NCBI GenBank assembly: GCA_013813875.1
Contig: JACCQZ010000293.1
Location: 1 to 50,536 of the forward strand
Length of the DNA: 50,536 bases
From: Gemmatimonadales bacterium
Lineage (GTDB): Bacteria > Gemmatimonadota > Gemmatimonadetes > Gemmatimonadales > GWC2-71-9
Direction: 5' to 3'
This document shows positions 34,992 through 44,580 of this stretch, in pieces; positions within the stretch are counted from its first letter, which is position 1, and each line of letters starts with the position of its first letter. The translations under genes and the position numbers were made by a program. Below the pieces are notes generated by a model. That model ran no database searches and was not told where the DNA came from. It worked only from the letters and a program-made list of their open reading frames with translations.

Positions 34992-35025
34992 GGTGAAGGG
35001 ATCCCTTGGAAAAGACCGTCCGCCT

Positions 35026-36825
35026 CTATCGCGGGGGCAAACTAGCCACCCGGCCCCGCCCCGGCAACGTCGAATGCGGGTCGAGCAGGCGTACGTCAAT
35101 GTACTCGCTCACCACCGAGCGGAGCGCCTCGGACACCTCCTGGGCGCTGGAGGCGGCGAGCGCCCAGGTAGCCGCGCGGCGGGCGGCCTCATCGGGAACG
35201 GTGCGCACCACCCACTTGACCAGCGGCAGCGCGGGTGGGGACACGCTGAGCCGGTCGTAGCCCAGGCCCAGGAGCAACACCGCGCTCAGCGCCTCCGACG
35301 CCATTTCGCCGCAGACGCTGACCGGCAGTCCCTTGGCCTTGCCCACATCCACCACCAGCTTGAGCTGCCGCACGATGGACGGGTGATGCGGGGTGAATCG
35401 GGCGGCGAGCCGCGCGTTGCCCCGGTCCACCGCCATAGTGTACTGAGTGAGGTCGTTGGTACCCACACTGAAGAAGGCGCTGACGTCGGCGAGCTGATCG
35501 GCCATCAGCACGGCCGCGGGCGTTTCGATCATCACCCCTACCGCGAGCGTCTCGGCGGCGGAGACGCCCGCGCGCCGCAACGCCTCCGCCTCCTCTGCCA
35601 CCATGGCGCGGGCCTCCAGAACTTCTTCCACCAGGGTCACCAGCGGCAGCATGAGCTGCATGTCTCGGCCGGCGGCCGCGCGTAGCACCGCGCGGATCTG
35701 GGGGCGGAACACCTCGGGCTCGTCCAGGCAGACCCGGATGGAGCGCCAGCCGAGGAAGGGGTTGGCCTCGATCGGCGCCTTGAAGGCCGCCGGGAACTTG
35801 TCGCCCCCGAGATCGAACGACCGGATGATCACGGTCGAGCCGCGGAACGCCAGCGCCACCCGGCGGAAATACGCCGTCTGCTCGTCCTCGGTGGGTAGCG
35901 TGGCGCGGCCGGTGAGCAGAAACTCGGTGCGCAAGAGCCCCACGCCCTGCGCCCCCATCCGCACCGCGGGCTCGATCTCCTCCGGCAGGTCCACGTTTCC
36001 CATCAGCAGAATCGGCTGGCCGGAAGGGGTGACCGCCGGCTGCTCCACCACGCCCTCGAGCTGCAGCTCGAGCTTATGGCGCCGGCTGACTTGGGTCTTG
36101 GCGTCCTCCAGCTCGCCCCGGGTGGGATCGAGCACGATGGTGCCGCTCTGGCCGTCGAGCAGCAGCATGGTGCCGCTGGGGATTCCCGCCAGCGCCCCGG
36201 CGGCCCCCATCACGGCCGGTATGCCGAGCGAGTGGGCCAGGATGGCGGCGTGAGCGGTGCGGGTGCCTTCTTCGCTCACCAGGCCGACCACGTGCTCGCG
36301 ATCCAGCTGGACCGTGAGACCGGGCGAGAGCTCGTGGGCCACCACGATGACCTGCTCGTCCGCCGGCATGGCCCAGAGCTCGCTCCCGGCCCGGCCCATC
36401 AGCCGGTTGATGATTCGAAGCTGGATGGCGTGCAGGTCCGCCAGTCGCTCGCGCAGCCGCGCCGCTCCCGACCAGAGGTTCCGCAGCTCCAGCGCCTTGA
36501 ACTCGTAGGCCGTCTCCGCGCTGAGCTGGTTGTTGCGGATCAGGGTTTCCACCGAGGCGAGGAATTCCTGGTCTTCGGCCATCAGCATCTGGGCGTCGAA
36601 AATTCTCGACTCCTCCGGCCCGGCACGCTGCAGCACCCGCTCGCCCAGCTCGCGAAGATGGGAGACAACGTACTCCACCGCCTCCCGCAGCCGGCGGATC
36701 TCGGCGTCCACCTCCTCCGGCCGTACGGTGCGGTCGGGTACCTCGGGAAATTCCCACTGCAGGATCATCGCCGGCGCGCAGGACACTCCGGGCGAGACCC
36801 CGATTCCTTGAATCGTCCGCGACAT
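35026..36825 (-). CDS. ptsI: PTS enzyme I (phosphoenolpyruvate-protein phosphotransferase; also annotated ptsP)
   Basis: TAHAAILA phospho-His, [30 protein letters not shown]. Confidence 0.95.
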   Translation of the reverse strand: MSRTIQGIGVSPGVSCAPAMILQWEFPEVPDRTVRPEEVDAEIRRLREAVEYVVSHLRELGERVLQRAGPEESRIFDAQMLMAEDQEFLASVETLIRNNQLSAETAYEFKALELRNLWSGAARLRERLADLHAIQLRIINRLMGRAGSELWAMPADEQVIVVAHELSPGLTVQLDREHVVGLVSEEGTRTAHAAILAHSLGIPAVMGAAGALAGIPSGTMLLLDGQSGTIVLDPTRGELEDAKTQVSRRHKLELQLEGVVEQPAVTPSGQPILLMGNVDLPEEIEPAVRMGAQGVGLLRTEFLLTGRATLPTEDEQTAYFRRVALAFRGSTVIIRSFDLGGDKFPAAFKAPIEANPFLGWRSIRVCLDEPEVFRPQIRAVLRAAAGRDMQLMLPLVTLVEEVLEARAMVAEEAEALRRAGVSAAETLAVGVMIETPAAVLMADQLADVSAFFSVGTNDLTQYTMAVDRGNARLAARFTPHHPSIVRQLKLVVDVGKAKGLPVSVCGEMASEALSAVLLLGLGYDRLSVSPPALPLVKWVVRTVPDEAARRAATWALAASSAQEVSEALRSVVSEYIDVRLLDPHSTLPGRGRVASLPPR

Positions 36826-36827
36826 GG

Positions 36828-37094
36828 TCAGCCCTCCCCGAATCCGTCGGCCACCAACTGGGCCAGTGCCGCGACCGCGAGGTCGGCGTCGGGCCCGTCG
36901 GCGCGAATGGTGATGGCGCTGCCGCACTCGGCGGCCAGCATCATCACTCCCATGATGCTCTTTCCATTGACGCCGAGTCCGTCCTTGAGAATCTCGATCT
37001 CGGAGTTGAACGAGCTCGCCAGCCGCACGATCTTGGCGGCGGGCCTGGCGTGCAACCCTTCCTGATTGACGATGGTGGCCTCGCGCTCGATCAC
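36828..37094 (-). CDS. ptsH: Phosphocarrier protein HPr
   Basis: GLHARPAA (His15) and KSIMGVMML (Ser46); 88 aa. Confidence 0.95.
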   Translation of the reverse strand: MIEREATIVNQEGLHARPAAKIVRLASSFNSEIEILKDGLGVNGKSIMGVMMLAAECGSAITIRADGPDADLAVAALAQLVADGFGEG

Positions 37095-37825
37095 AGCCCC
37101 ACCCATCGGAAGAAGGCGAGGAGCCCGATGGCCAGCAAGGCAAAGCGTACCGTGGTGAAGGCGGGCCCGAACCAGCGGGTAACGGCGGCTCCGGTGGCCG
37201 CCACCGCGAGCGCGCCGGCGGCACCGGCCCAGCCGAAGCCCTCCAGGTACCAGCCGGCGGACAGGGCAATGGCGGTGCCGACGGCAAAGCCCGCCACCGG
37301 ACCGATCCGCTCGACCGCACGCGGGATCCACGATCCGCTGATGGCGCCGGCGATACGCATGCCGGCATCAAACCCGGTGCGCAGCGCCCAGACGCCGGTT
37401 CCGATCCGTACGGCGTTGTACAGCAACAGCAATCCGGCGATGGCCCACCACCCGGCGCCCAGCACCGCCCCTACCACCGCGGCTCCGACCAGGGCGGGCA
37501 CCAACCCGGCCCAGAAGAGCTGATCGCCCAGGGCGCCGAGGGGACTGCAGAGCGCGGTCCGCAGACGGGCGATCTGCGCACCGGGCACCGCCTCGTACTC
37601 GGCGCGCACCGTGGCGCCAAGCGCCAGTCCGGCGAGATTCGGATTGCAGTTGAAGAACTCGGTGGAGCGGACCACCGCTTCGCCGTGGCGCACCGGGTCC
37701 ACCGTCTGCAGATCTTTGAGCAGCGGCTCGGCTGCGTAACCCATGCCGACGCCGAGCATACGCTCGTAATTCCAGGTGCCCTGGACGGCGATGAGCCGAA
37801 GCAGCGAACGCCAGCCGCCGGTCAC
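37091..37825 (-). CDS. PTS mannose/fructose/sorbose family IID component
   Basis: WNYERMLGVG, FFNCNP, PLGALGDQLFW. Confidence 0.9.
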   Translation of the reverse strand: MTGGWRSLLRLIAVQGTWNYERMLGVGMGYAAEPLLKDLQTVDPVRHGEAVVRSTEFFNCNPNLAGLALGATVRAEYEAVPGAQIARLRTALCSPLGALGDQLFWAGLVPALVGAAVVGAVLGAGWWAIAGLLLLYNAVRIGTGVWALRTGFDAGMRIAGAISGSWIPRAVERIGPVAGFAVGTAIALSAGWYLEGFGWAGAAGALAVAATGAAVTRWFGPAFTTVRFALLAIGLLAFFRWVGL

Positions 37826-38502
37826 CGGAGCACCGCCAGCAGAATGCCGGTCGCGACCCCCACGGCGAGCCAGCGAAGCCGGGCCCCGCGTCCGGCGCTT
37901 CGAACCGCGCCGCTCATCCCGGCCGCCAACCCCGACCCCACCGTCACCAGGGTGAGCCCGACCGCTGTCGGGCGGTCGAGCCGCAGGTGGTTGGCCAACA
38001 GCCAGGCCAGGGCCAGCCCGATCGCGGTGAGCGCGACGCCGCGGGCGGCGTCCCGCAGCAGACCGCCGTACTGCAGCCGCCGGATCGCGGCGGTCTCACC
38101 GGCCGCGAGGGCGGCCGCCCGGTGCTGAATGGCCCGCGCATTGAAGCGGCGCACCACCTGCAGCGACCAACCGCCGATCACGGAGAGCACCAGCGCCAGC
38201 GCGGCGCTGAGGCCGAGTCCGAACTCCCAGGGCGCGCCCGCGGCCAGCGCTGCCGCCGCCACTGTCGCCGGCCCGTAGTCGGGATAGCGCACGGCACCGA
38301 TGGGGAGAACGTCGAGCGCGAAGAGCTCGAGGAGCACGCCGACCCGCAATCCCGCCTCCATGTCACCCGCCAGCCATCCCGCCACGGTGCCGGCCACCAG
38401 GGGACGCGAGAGCATCGCTTGGGGAACGCTCACCAGGTCGAGAGCCACGATCGTGCCCCAGAGCAGGAGAAGCACCGCGCTGAGGGGCGAGAGCTCCGTC
38501 AT
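37822..38502 (-). CDS. PTS mannose/fructose/sorbose family IIC component
   Basis: LD...QAMLSRPLVAGT..G.L.GD, G.LLEL, PIGA..YPD. Confidence 0.88.
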   Translation of the reverse strand: MTELSPLSAVLLLLWGTIVALDLVSVPQAMLSRPLVAGTVAGWLAGDMEAGLRVGVLLELFALDVLPIGAVRYPDYGPATVAAAALAAGAPWEFGLGLSAALALVLSVIGGWSLQVVRRFNARAIQHRAAALAAGETAAIRRLQYGGLLRDAARGVALTAIGLALAWLLANHLRLDRPTAVGLTLVTVGSGLAAGMSGAVRSAGRGARLRWLAVGVATGILLAVLR

Positions 38503-38975
38503 CCCAGCGCCTTGAGCGAAACCAGCGGGCTGGTCGGCAGGTCCTGGGCGGTAACCTCGGCACCCCGCGCCTCCAGCGCCACCAGTTGCCGCAGCTCTTC
38601 GTCGGTCAGATACAGATAGGGAAGCCGCTCGCGCCGGCCGGGGCGGTGGTGCACCCCGCCCAGGTTGATCCGGTGAACGATGGTCGGATTGGCGGCGTGC
38701 AGCGCCGCCATGGTGTCGAGGTCGCCGGTGAGAATGAGTGCCCGCCGGCCGTTTGCCTGCCACTCTCCCATCTGGGCGGAGGCTTCGGCGGTGGTCATGA
38801 AGCGGACCTCGATGCCGGGCGACACCGCCATACGATAGAGATCCTGTTCCCAGGAGCTGGCCGCCACCTGATCGTCCACCAGCACGATGAGATCAATGCC
38901 CAGAGGCTGGCCCCAGCCGATGACGACCTGGCCGTGGATGAGCCGGTCGTCCACCCGGCAGAGCACGATGGCCAT
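38499..38975 (-). CDS. PTS mannose family IIB component
   Basis: RVDDRLIHGQV phospho-His motif, INLGG. Confidence 0.92.
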   Translation of the reverse strand: MAIVLCRVDDRLIHGQVVIGWGQPLGIDLIVLVDDQVAASSWEQDLYRMAVSPGIEVRFMTTAEASAQMGEWQANGRRALILTGDLDTMAALHAANPTIVHRINLGGVHHRPGRRERLPYLYLTDEELRQLVALEARGAEVTAQDLPTSPLVSLKALG

Positions 38976-39349
38976 CAGGGAATCCGGATGGCTCGTTCAC
39001 CCGCCGTGGCCGCCCGCGCCGCGGCTTCCGCCGGCGACAGCGAGCGGTGAAACACGAAGTCCACCAGCATGGCCAGGTTCACCCCGGTGACGACCCTGAC
39101 GGCCGGCCTTTCCCGCAGCCGGTTGAGCACCGCGAAGAGGCAGGAGCCGCTGGCGAGATCCACGAAGACCACCGAAGGGCGCTCACCCACGGCGTCCACC
39201 ACCCGCTGCTCCAGGGAGCCTCGGTCGCAGCCGGTGTTGGAGACCGGGGCCAGCGCCCCCGTCACGCCGCTGATAGACTCCGCCGCCTCCACCAGCGCCA
39301 TCGCCAGCTTTCCGTGACAGACCACGACGCCCCGCAGCTCCTCACTCAT
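38975..39349 (-). CDS. PTS mannose family IIA component
   Basis: VVVCHG phospho-His, VDLASGS, VVTGVNLAML. Confidence 0.9.
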   Translation of the reverse strand: MSEELRGVVVCHGKLAMALVEAAESISGVTGALAPVSNTGCDRGSLEQRVVDAVGERPSVVFVDLASGSCLFAVLNRLRERPAVRVVTGVNLAMLVDFVFHRSLSPAEAAARAATAGERAIRIP

Positions 39350-40304
39350 AGTCTTCCTGCAGATATTCGCGAACCCCGCGCTGCTCTTTCATTCGCTTGA
39401 TCAGGCGGGAATTGAACGCGGCGGCCACGTCAACTCCGGAGTAGCGCAGCAGGTGCATCATCGCCACCACCTCGGAGATGACGGTGATGTTCTTCCCCGG
39501 ATTGAGCGGCACCACCACCCGAGGCACCGGCACGTCGAGGATCATCGTCTCCTCGCGGGAGAGCCCGGTCCGGTCGGCGTCCTTGGCCGTTTCCCAATCG
39601 TCGAGCTGCACCACCACTTCGATTCGCTTCTGCTGGCGGACCGAGCGCACGCCGAAGAGCGCGGGAATATCAATCAGGCCGATGCCGCGGATCTCCATGT
39701 GATGCGCGGCCAGCTCGTGGCCCCGCCCGATCAGCACATCGTTGCCCCGGCGGGTAACCTGCACCACGTCATCGGCCACCAGCCGGTGGCCTCGCTCGAC
39801 CAGGTCCAGCACGCACTCGCTCTTCCCGATACCCGACCGGCCCACGAAGAGCAGGCCGACGCCGTACACGTCGGCCAGGGAGCCGTGTAGCGTGGTGCGG
39901 GGCGCGAACGCCTCCTCCACCACCGGCTTGACCCGCCGGTAGAACTCCGCCGTCTTGAGCTTGCTCCGGAGCACCGGCACGCCGCGATTCCGCGCCAGCT
40001 CCAACAGCTCCGAGGGCACCTCCTGGTTCTTGGTCACGAAGATGCACGGCAGATCGAAGCCGAAGAACTGTTCCAGCGACCGCTCGCGCTGCTCCGGCGG
40101 CAGCGAGTGGAGATAGGTGATTTCGGTCTCACCGAAGACGTGCAGCCGGTTGGGCGCGAAGCGGCCGGTATATCCCGCGAGCGCCAGCCCCGGGCTGGCG
40201 ACCTCGGCGTCGGGCAGCTGGCGGTCGAGCCCGATGTCTCCGGTGAGCGCTTCGAGCTGCAGAGGATCTCCCCGCCGGGAAAGGAAGTCGCGCAGCCGGA
40301 GCAT
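39342..40304 (-). CDS. hprK: HPr(Ser) kinase/phosphatase
   Basis: G.SGIGKSE, RGHRLVADD, MEIRGIGLID. Confidence 0.96.
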   Translation of the reverse strand: MLRLRDFLSRRGDPLQLEALTGDIGLDRQLPDAEVASPGLALAGYTGRFAPNRLHVFGETEITYLHSLPPEQRERSLEQFFGFDLPCIFVTKNQEVPSELLELARNRGVPVLRSKLKTAEFYRRVKPVVEEAFAPRTTLHGSLADVYGVGLLFVGRSGIGKSECVLDLVERGHRLVADDVVQVTRRGNDVLIGRGHELAAHHMEIRGIGLIDIPALFGVRSVRQQKRIEVVVQLDDWETAKDADRTGLSREETMILDVPVPRVVVPLNPGKNITVISEVVAMMHLLRYSGVDVAAAFNSRLIKRMKEQRGVREYLQEDYE

Positions 40305-40618
40305 CAGAGCTGTTCGGCCTGCGGCGAGCGGGTCCGGCGCGGGCGGCCGGCGGCCTTCTCCAGCTGCCGCTTGAGCTTGTCTTCCGCCCGGTCGAGCGCG
40401 GTACGGTGGTCCTCGGCCTCACCCTTGGCGACGAGCACCTCCCCCGCCGCGAGGTGCAGCCGCAGCTCGACCGTCTGTTGGGAGCCCTCGGTGTCGAAGA
40501 CGACGGTGGTCTCCATGGGCCGCGGCGCTACGTTGCCGAGGCGATCCACTACGGCGAGAGCGCGCTCCCGCAGTTCATCGGTGATCTCGCAGTGGCGGGC
40601 GCTGATCGTCGTCTGCAT
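40304..40618 (-). CDS. hpf: Ribosome hibernation promoting factor (HPF/RaiA, short form)
   Basis: ISARHCEITDELR..., ALDRAEDKLKRQL; typical position next to hprK. Confidence 0.85.
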   Translation of the reverse strand: MQTTISARHCEITDELRERALAVVDRLGNVAPRPMETTVVFDTEGSQQTVELRLHLAAGEVLVAKGEAEDHRTALDRAEDKLKRQLEKAAGRPRRTRSPQAEQL

Positions 40619-41735
40619 GATGGCTCCTCCCAGCGATGATGTCCTGAAGATGGCGTTCCGTCTCGGCGGCGGTGCGGTCCCACGTCAGCCCTTCGGCGAA
40701 GGATCGGGCCTGGGCCCCGAGTCGGCCCACCAGCGACGGTGAGGCGGCGAGCTCGAGCATGCGCGCGGCAAGCGCCTCGATGTTGCCGTGGGGTACCAGG
40801 AAGCCGGTGAGGCCGTGGCGCACCGAATCCCGCAGACCCGGGCTATCCGACGCCAGCGAAGGGGTAGCGCAGGCCGCCGCCTCGATGACCGTGATGCCCC
40901 AGCCCTCCTTGGGTGAGGGGAAGAGGTTGGCCCAGGCCCCGCGCAGCCGCGACAACTTGTCGGCCTCGCTGATGAAGCCGTGGAAGGTAACGGCCTGCTC
41001 CTGCCCCAGCTCAATGGCCAACCCCTCGAGCTCGGCGCGATGGTCTCCGGTGCCCGCGATGCTGAGCCGAAGATCGGGCCGCTGCCGCCGGGCCAGCGCC
41101 AGAGCCTCTATGGCGAGTCCTATTCCTTTATAACGCTTCAGCCGGCCGACGTACAAGAAGGTGGGCGCCGGCGAGCGGCGGCCTTCGGCGTCGGGTGTGA
41201 ACCGCTCGATATCCACACCGGGGTGGATCACCCGCACCCGGTCGGCCGCGACGCCCCGGGCGACCAGATCGTCGCGCGTGCTCTCGCTGATGGCGTGAAA
41301 GGCGGCGCGCCGGTACAGCCGCGGCAGCGGACGCTCCGCCAGCCAGACCGTGGCGGCGATGGGCCAGGGCGCCTCCTCGAACGCCGTCTCGCCGAAGAGA
41401 TGCGGGATGATCGCGCAGAAGGGGAGATCGGTGCCGGCCGCCAGAAAGAGCGGCAGCTTGTTGACGTCTTCGACCAGCACGTCGGGCCGCTCGGCGCGAA
41501 TGGCGCGGCGCACCGCGCCCCGGCCCAGCAGCGCGAAGCTATTGCGTCCCCCGGTCCGCTTCACCTCGATCCCATCCACCAGCGCCCGCGGGGCGGCGCC
41601 GGGCCAGCCGCCGCAGACCAGCCGCACCCGATGGCCGGCGGCCGCCAGGCGGCCGAAGATCTCGAAGAGATGGATCTCGGCGCCGCCGGCGTGGGGGTTC
41701 TCCCGATCCTGCCAGTTTACCACGAGCACGTTCAT
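40575..41735 (-). CDS. Glycosyltransferase family 4
   Basis: NPHAGGAE.H, YVGRLKRYKG, EGWGITVIEAAAC. Confidence 0.92.
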   Translation of the reverse strand: MNVLVVNWQDRENPHAGGAEIHLFEIFGRLAAAGHRVRLVCGGWPGAAPRALVDGIEVKRTGGRNSFALLGRGAVRRAIRAERPDVLVEDVNKLPLFLAAGTDLPFCAIIPHLFGETAFEEAPWPIAATVWLAERPLPRLYRRAAFHAISESTRDDLVARGVAADRVRVIHPGVDIERFTPDAEGRRSPAPTFLYVGRLKRYKGIGLAIEALALARRQRPDLRLSIAGTGDHRAELEGLAIELGQEQAVTFHGFISEADKLSRLRGAWANLFPSPKEGWGITVIEAAACATPSLASDSPGLRDSVRHGLTGFLVPHGNIEALAARMLELAASPSLVGRLGAQARSFAEGLTWDRTAAETERHLQDIIAGRSHHADDDQRPPLRDHR

Positions 41736-41760
41736 CGGCCGGTGTCCGTCGGTGCCGGCC

Positions 41761-42174
41761 TCAGAGCCGCCCGAGCGCGCGGGCGATTCCATCGAGCACC
41801 CCATTGACGAAGCCCGGCGCCCGCGCGCCGCCGAACCAGTGGGCCAGCCGCAGCGCTTCGTCAATGACCACCTTCGGCGGCACCTCGCCCCGGCGGAGCT
41901 CGTGGATCGCCAGCCGCAGGATGTTCCGCTCGACCACCGCGATCCGGCTCATGCGCCAGTTCTCCGAGGCTTCCGCGGCGGCCTCGTCCAGCGATTCGAC
42001 GTTCGCTATCACGCCGGCCGCCAGCTCCTCCGCCCGGTCGAGAATCCTCGGCTCCGGTCCGGTCAGCCGCGCCAGCCCGCTGGCGACTTGGGGAATGGGA
42101 GGCTCTCCCAGCAGCTCCCAGGCGTAGAGCAGTTGCAGCGCCCGGGCCCGGCTCTTGGTCTCAACTCTCAGCAT
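41761..42174 (-). CDS. nusB: Transcription antitermination factor NusB
   Basis: ALQLLYAWE, ERNILRLAIHEL, VVIDEA, FVNGVLD. Confidence 0.94.
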   Translation of the reverse strand: MLRVETKSRARALQLLYAWELLGEPPIPQVASGLARLTGPEPRILDRAEELAAGVIANVESLDEAAAEASENWRMSRIAVVERNILRLAIHELRRGEVPPKVVIDEALRLAHWFGGARAPGFVNGVLDGIARALGRL

Positions 42175-42640
42175 GATGAGCCCTGAGCTGGGCGAGGACG
42201 TCGGCGGTCTGGATCGCCGCGGCGGCCGCCTCGTGCCCCTTGTTGCCGGCACTGCCGCCGGCTCGGTCCATGGCCTGCTGCAGCGTATCCACCGTCAGCA
42301 CCCCGAATCCCACCGGCAGGGCATAGCTCACCGCCACCTCGTTCACTCCCCGGGCGGCCTCGCCGGCGACGTACTCGAAGTGCGGCGTCTCGCCCCGGAT
42401 CACCACCCCCAGCGCGACCAGACAAGCATAGCGGCCGGTCTTGGCGGCCGCCGCCGCGGCGGCGCCGAGCTCGAAGGCGCCGGGCACCCAGATGAGGTCC
42501 ACCTCATCCCGCGCGACGCCCGCCTCCCCGCAGCAGGCGAGTGCCCCCTCGAGCAGCTTGCCGGTGATCAATTCGTTGTAGCGACTGACCAGGATCGCCA
42601 CTCGCCCCGAGCGGCGCAGGCGATAGGAGAAATCGGGCAC
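42161..42640 (-). CDS. ribH: 6,7-dimethyl-8-ribityllumazine synthase
   Basis: VPGAFEL, GVVIRGETPHFEYV, GNKG. Confidence 0.96.
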   Translation of the reverse strand: MPDFSYRLRRSGRVAILVSRYNELITGKLLEGALACCGEAGVARDEVDLIWVPGAFELGAAAAAAAKTGRYACLVALGVVIRGETPHFEYVAGEAARGVNEVAVSYALPVGFGVLTVDTLQQAMDRAGGSAGNKGHEAAAAAIQTADVLAQLRAHHAES

Positions 42641-42644
42641 GGAT

Positions 42645-43856
42645 TCAGTGGGCGAGGAGGTGGCCGAGCTTGTCGCGCTTGACCTGCAGGTAGCCGCTGT
42701 TCTCGCCGTTCGGATCGGTGATGAGCGGCAGCCGCTCGACGATCTGAAGCCCGTATCCTTCGAGGCCGACCAGCTTCCGGGGATTGTTGGTCATCACTCG
42801 GATGGACGAGAGCCCCAGGTCGCGCAGGATCTGCGCCCCGATGCCGTAGTTTCGCAGGTCGGGCGCGAACCCGAGGCGCTCGTTGGCTTGAACGGTGTCG
42901 GCTCCGGCGTCCTGCAGCGCGTAGGCGCGAAGCTTATTGAGCAGTCCGATGCCCCGCCCCTCCTGGTCGAGGTACACGATCACTCCGCGGCCTTCCGCGG
43001 CGATCAATTGCATGGCCCGGTGCAGCTGGAGGCCGCAATCGCAGCGCTGGGAGCCGAATACGTCCCCGGTGAGACACTTGGAGTGCATCCGCACCAGCAC
43101 GTTGGCCCGTCCCGACACCTCGCCGTGCACCAGAGCCACGTGCTCGGCCCGGTCCACGTCGTTCTGGTAGCCGATGATGGTGAACTCACCGAAAGCGGTG
43201 GGAATCCTGGCCTCGGCGACGCGATGCACCAGCTGCTCGGTCTGCAGCCGGTACGCCACCAGCTGGGCCACGGTAATGAACGTGAGCCGGTGCCGGCGCG
43301 ACATCTCCTGCAGCTCGGGACGGCGCGCCATCGAGCCGTCGGGGTTGAGGATCTCGCAGATGACCCCAGCGGGAACCAACCCGGCGAGACGCGCCAGGTC
43401 CACGCTCGCTTCGGTTTGCCCCACCCGCTGAAGCACCCCGCCGGGCCGAGCCCGGAGCGGGAAGATGTGGCCCGGGCGGCGCAGGTCGGAGGGAACCGTG
43501 GCGGGATTCATGGCGACGTGAATGGTGGTGGACCGGTCGCTCGCCGAAATGCCGGTGGTGACCCCGAACCGCCGCTCGGCGTCAATGCTGACGGTAAAGG
43601 CGGTGGAGAGCTCTTCGGTGTTGCGCTCGGTCATCTGGGGCAGGCCCAGATGGTCGCACCGCTCGGCGGTGAGCGCGAGGCAGATGAGACCCCGCCCGTG
43701 CAGCGTCATGAAGTTGATCGTCTCAGGCGTCACCAGCTCCGCCGCGCAGACCAGGTCGCCCTCGTTCTCCCGATCCTCATCGTCCGCCACGATGACGATC
43801 TTGCCGTTGCGGAGATCGTCAATGGCGGTTTCGATGGTACCGAATTGGAAGGTCAT
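42645..43856 (-). CDS. ribBA: Bifunctional DHBP synthase / GTP cyclohydrolase II
   Basis: DDEDRENEGD, RPGHIFPL, RMHSKCLTGDVFGSQRCDC, QEGRGIG, TNNPRK. Confidence 0.96.
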   Translation of the reverse strand: MTFQFGTIETAIDDLRNGKIVIVADDEDRENEGDLVCAAELVTPETINFMTLHGRGLICLALTAERCDHLGLPQMTERNTEELSTAFTVSIDAERRFGVTTGISASDRSTTIHVAMNPATVPSDLRRPGHIFPLRARPGGVLQRVGQTEASVDLARLAGLVPAGVICEILNPDGSMARRPELQEMSRRHRLTFITVAQLVAYRLQTEQLVHRVAEARIPTAFGEFTIIGYQNDVDRAEHVALVHGEVSGRANVLVRMHSKCLTGDVFGSQRCDCGLQLHRAMQLIAAEGRGVIVYLDQEGRGIGLLNKLRAYALQDAGADTVQANERLGFAPDLRNYGIGAQILRDLGLSSIRVMTNNPRKLVGLEGYGLQIVERLPLITDPNGENSGYLQVKRDKLGHLLAH

Positions 43857-43861
43857 GACGA

Positions 43862-44001
43862 CAGTGGCAAGTGACAAGTGCTGAGTGACAAGTGGGAGGC
43901 AAATGAAAACGAGCCAAGTGGAAGCCGCGAGTAGGCTAGCGCCCACTTTCGCACTTTCCACTTTCCACCCACTTGCCACTTGTCACTTGTCACTTGTCAC
44001 T
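43862..44001. repeat. Inverted 7-mer arrays (AAGTGAC / GTCACTT) between riboflavin synthase and ribBA
   Basis: AAGTGAC-type units on the left, CACTTGT x3-4 and CACTTTC-type units on the right; includes the ribE stop codon. Confidence 0.85.
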
Positions 44002-44580
44002 CCGCATCAACGCTTTGACGTACTTCCCGATCATATCCCCCTCGAGATGCACCCCGTCCCCCACGCGTCGTTCCCCCAGCGTCGTATGCTGTAAAGTAAA
44101 CGGGATCAGGGAGATCTGGATCGTCCCGGGAGCGGGGACGGCGTTGATGGTAAGGCTCACGCCATCCACCGTGATCGAGCCCAGCGGCACCGAGATGCTC
44201 GCCACTTCGGCAGGGACCCGGAGGTCGAGCAGTCTGGCGTCTTCCCGCGTGCTCACCCGCTCCACGATGCCGACGCCGTCCACATGCCCTTGCACCAGGT
44301 GACCGCCCAGGCGGTCACCCACCCGGAGGGCGCGCTCGAGGTTTACCTGCTGGCCCTCGCGGTATTCGCCGAAACGGGTACGATCGAGGGAGGTACGGAT
44401 CAGGTGGACGCCGAAGGTACCGGCCGGGAGGTCCTGGACGGTGAGGCACGCGCCATCCACCGCGATACTCTCACCCAGGGTGAGGCCCTCGTAGGGGCAG
44501 GCGATGGTCAGCTCCAGACCGGCGTCGGTCCGGCGCAGCTCGCGTACCTGCCCCACCGCGGTCACCAGGCCGGTGAACAT
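43990..44580 (-). CDS. ribE: Riboflavin synthase (alpha chain)
   Basis: MFTGLV N-terminus, SIAVDGACLTV, VNLERAL, GGHLVQGHVD. Confidence 0.96.
   Translation of the reverse strand: MFTGLVTAVGQVRELRRTDAGLELTIACPYEGLTLGESIAVDGACLTVQDLPAGTFGVHLIRTSLDRTRFGEYREGQQVNLERALRVGDRLGGHLVQGHVDGVGIVERVSTREDARLLDLRVPAEVASISVPLGSITVDGVSLTINAVPAPGTIQISLIPFTLQHTTLGERRVGDGVHLEGDMIGKYVKALMRSDK

Noticed and set aside
34992-35030. SAM riboswitch before metK; FMN riboswitch before ribD; cobalamin riboswitch before btuF
   Set aside because: Spacers are too short or occupied by repeats, and no consensus motifs are present
40575-40618. 44-bp overlap of GT4 and hpf as a recoding signal
   Set aside because: Most simply a run-on C-terminal tail; hpf has its own GGAGGAG SD
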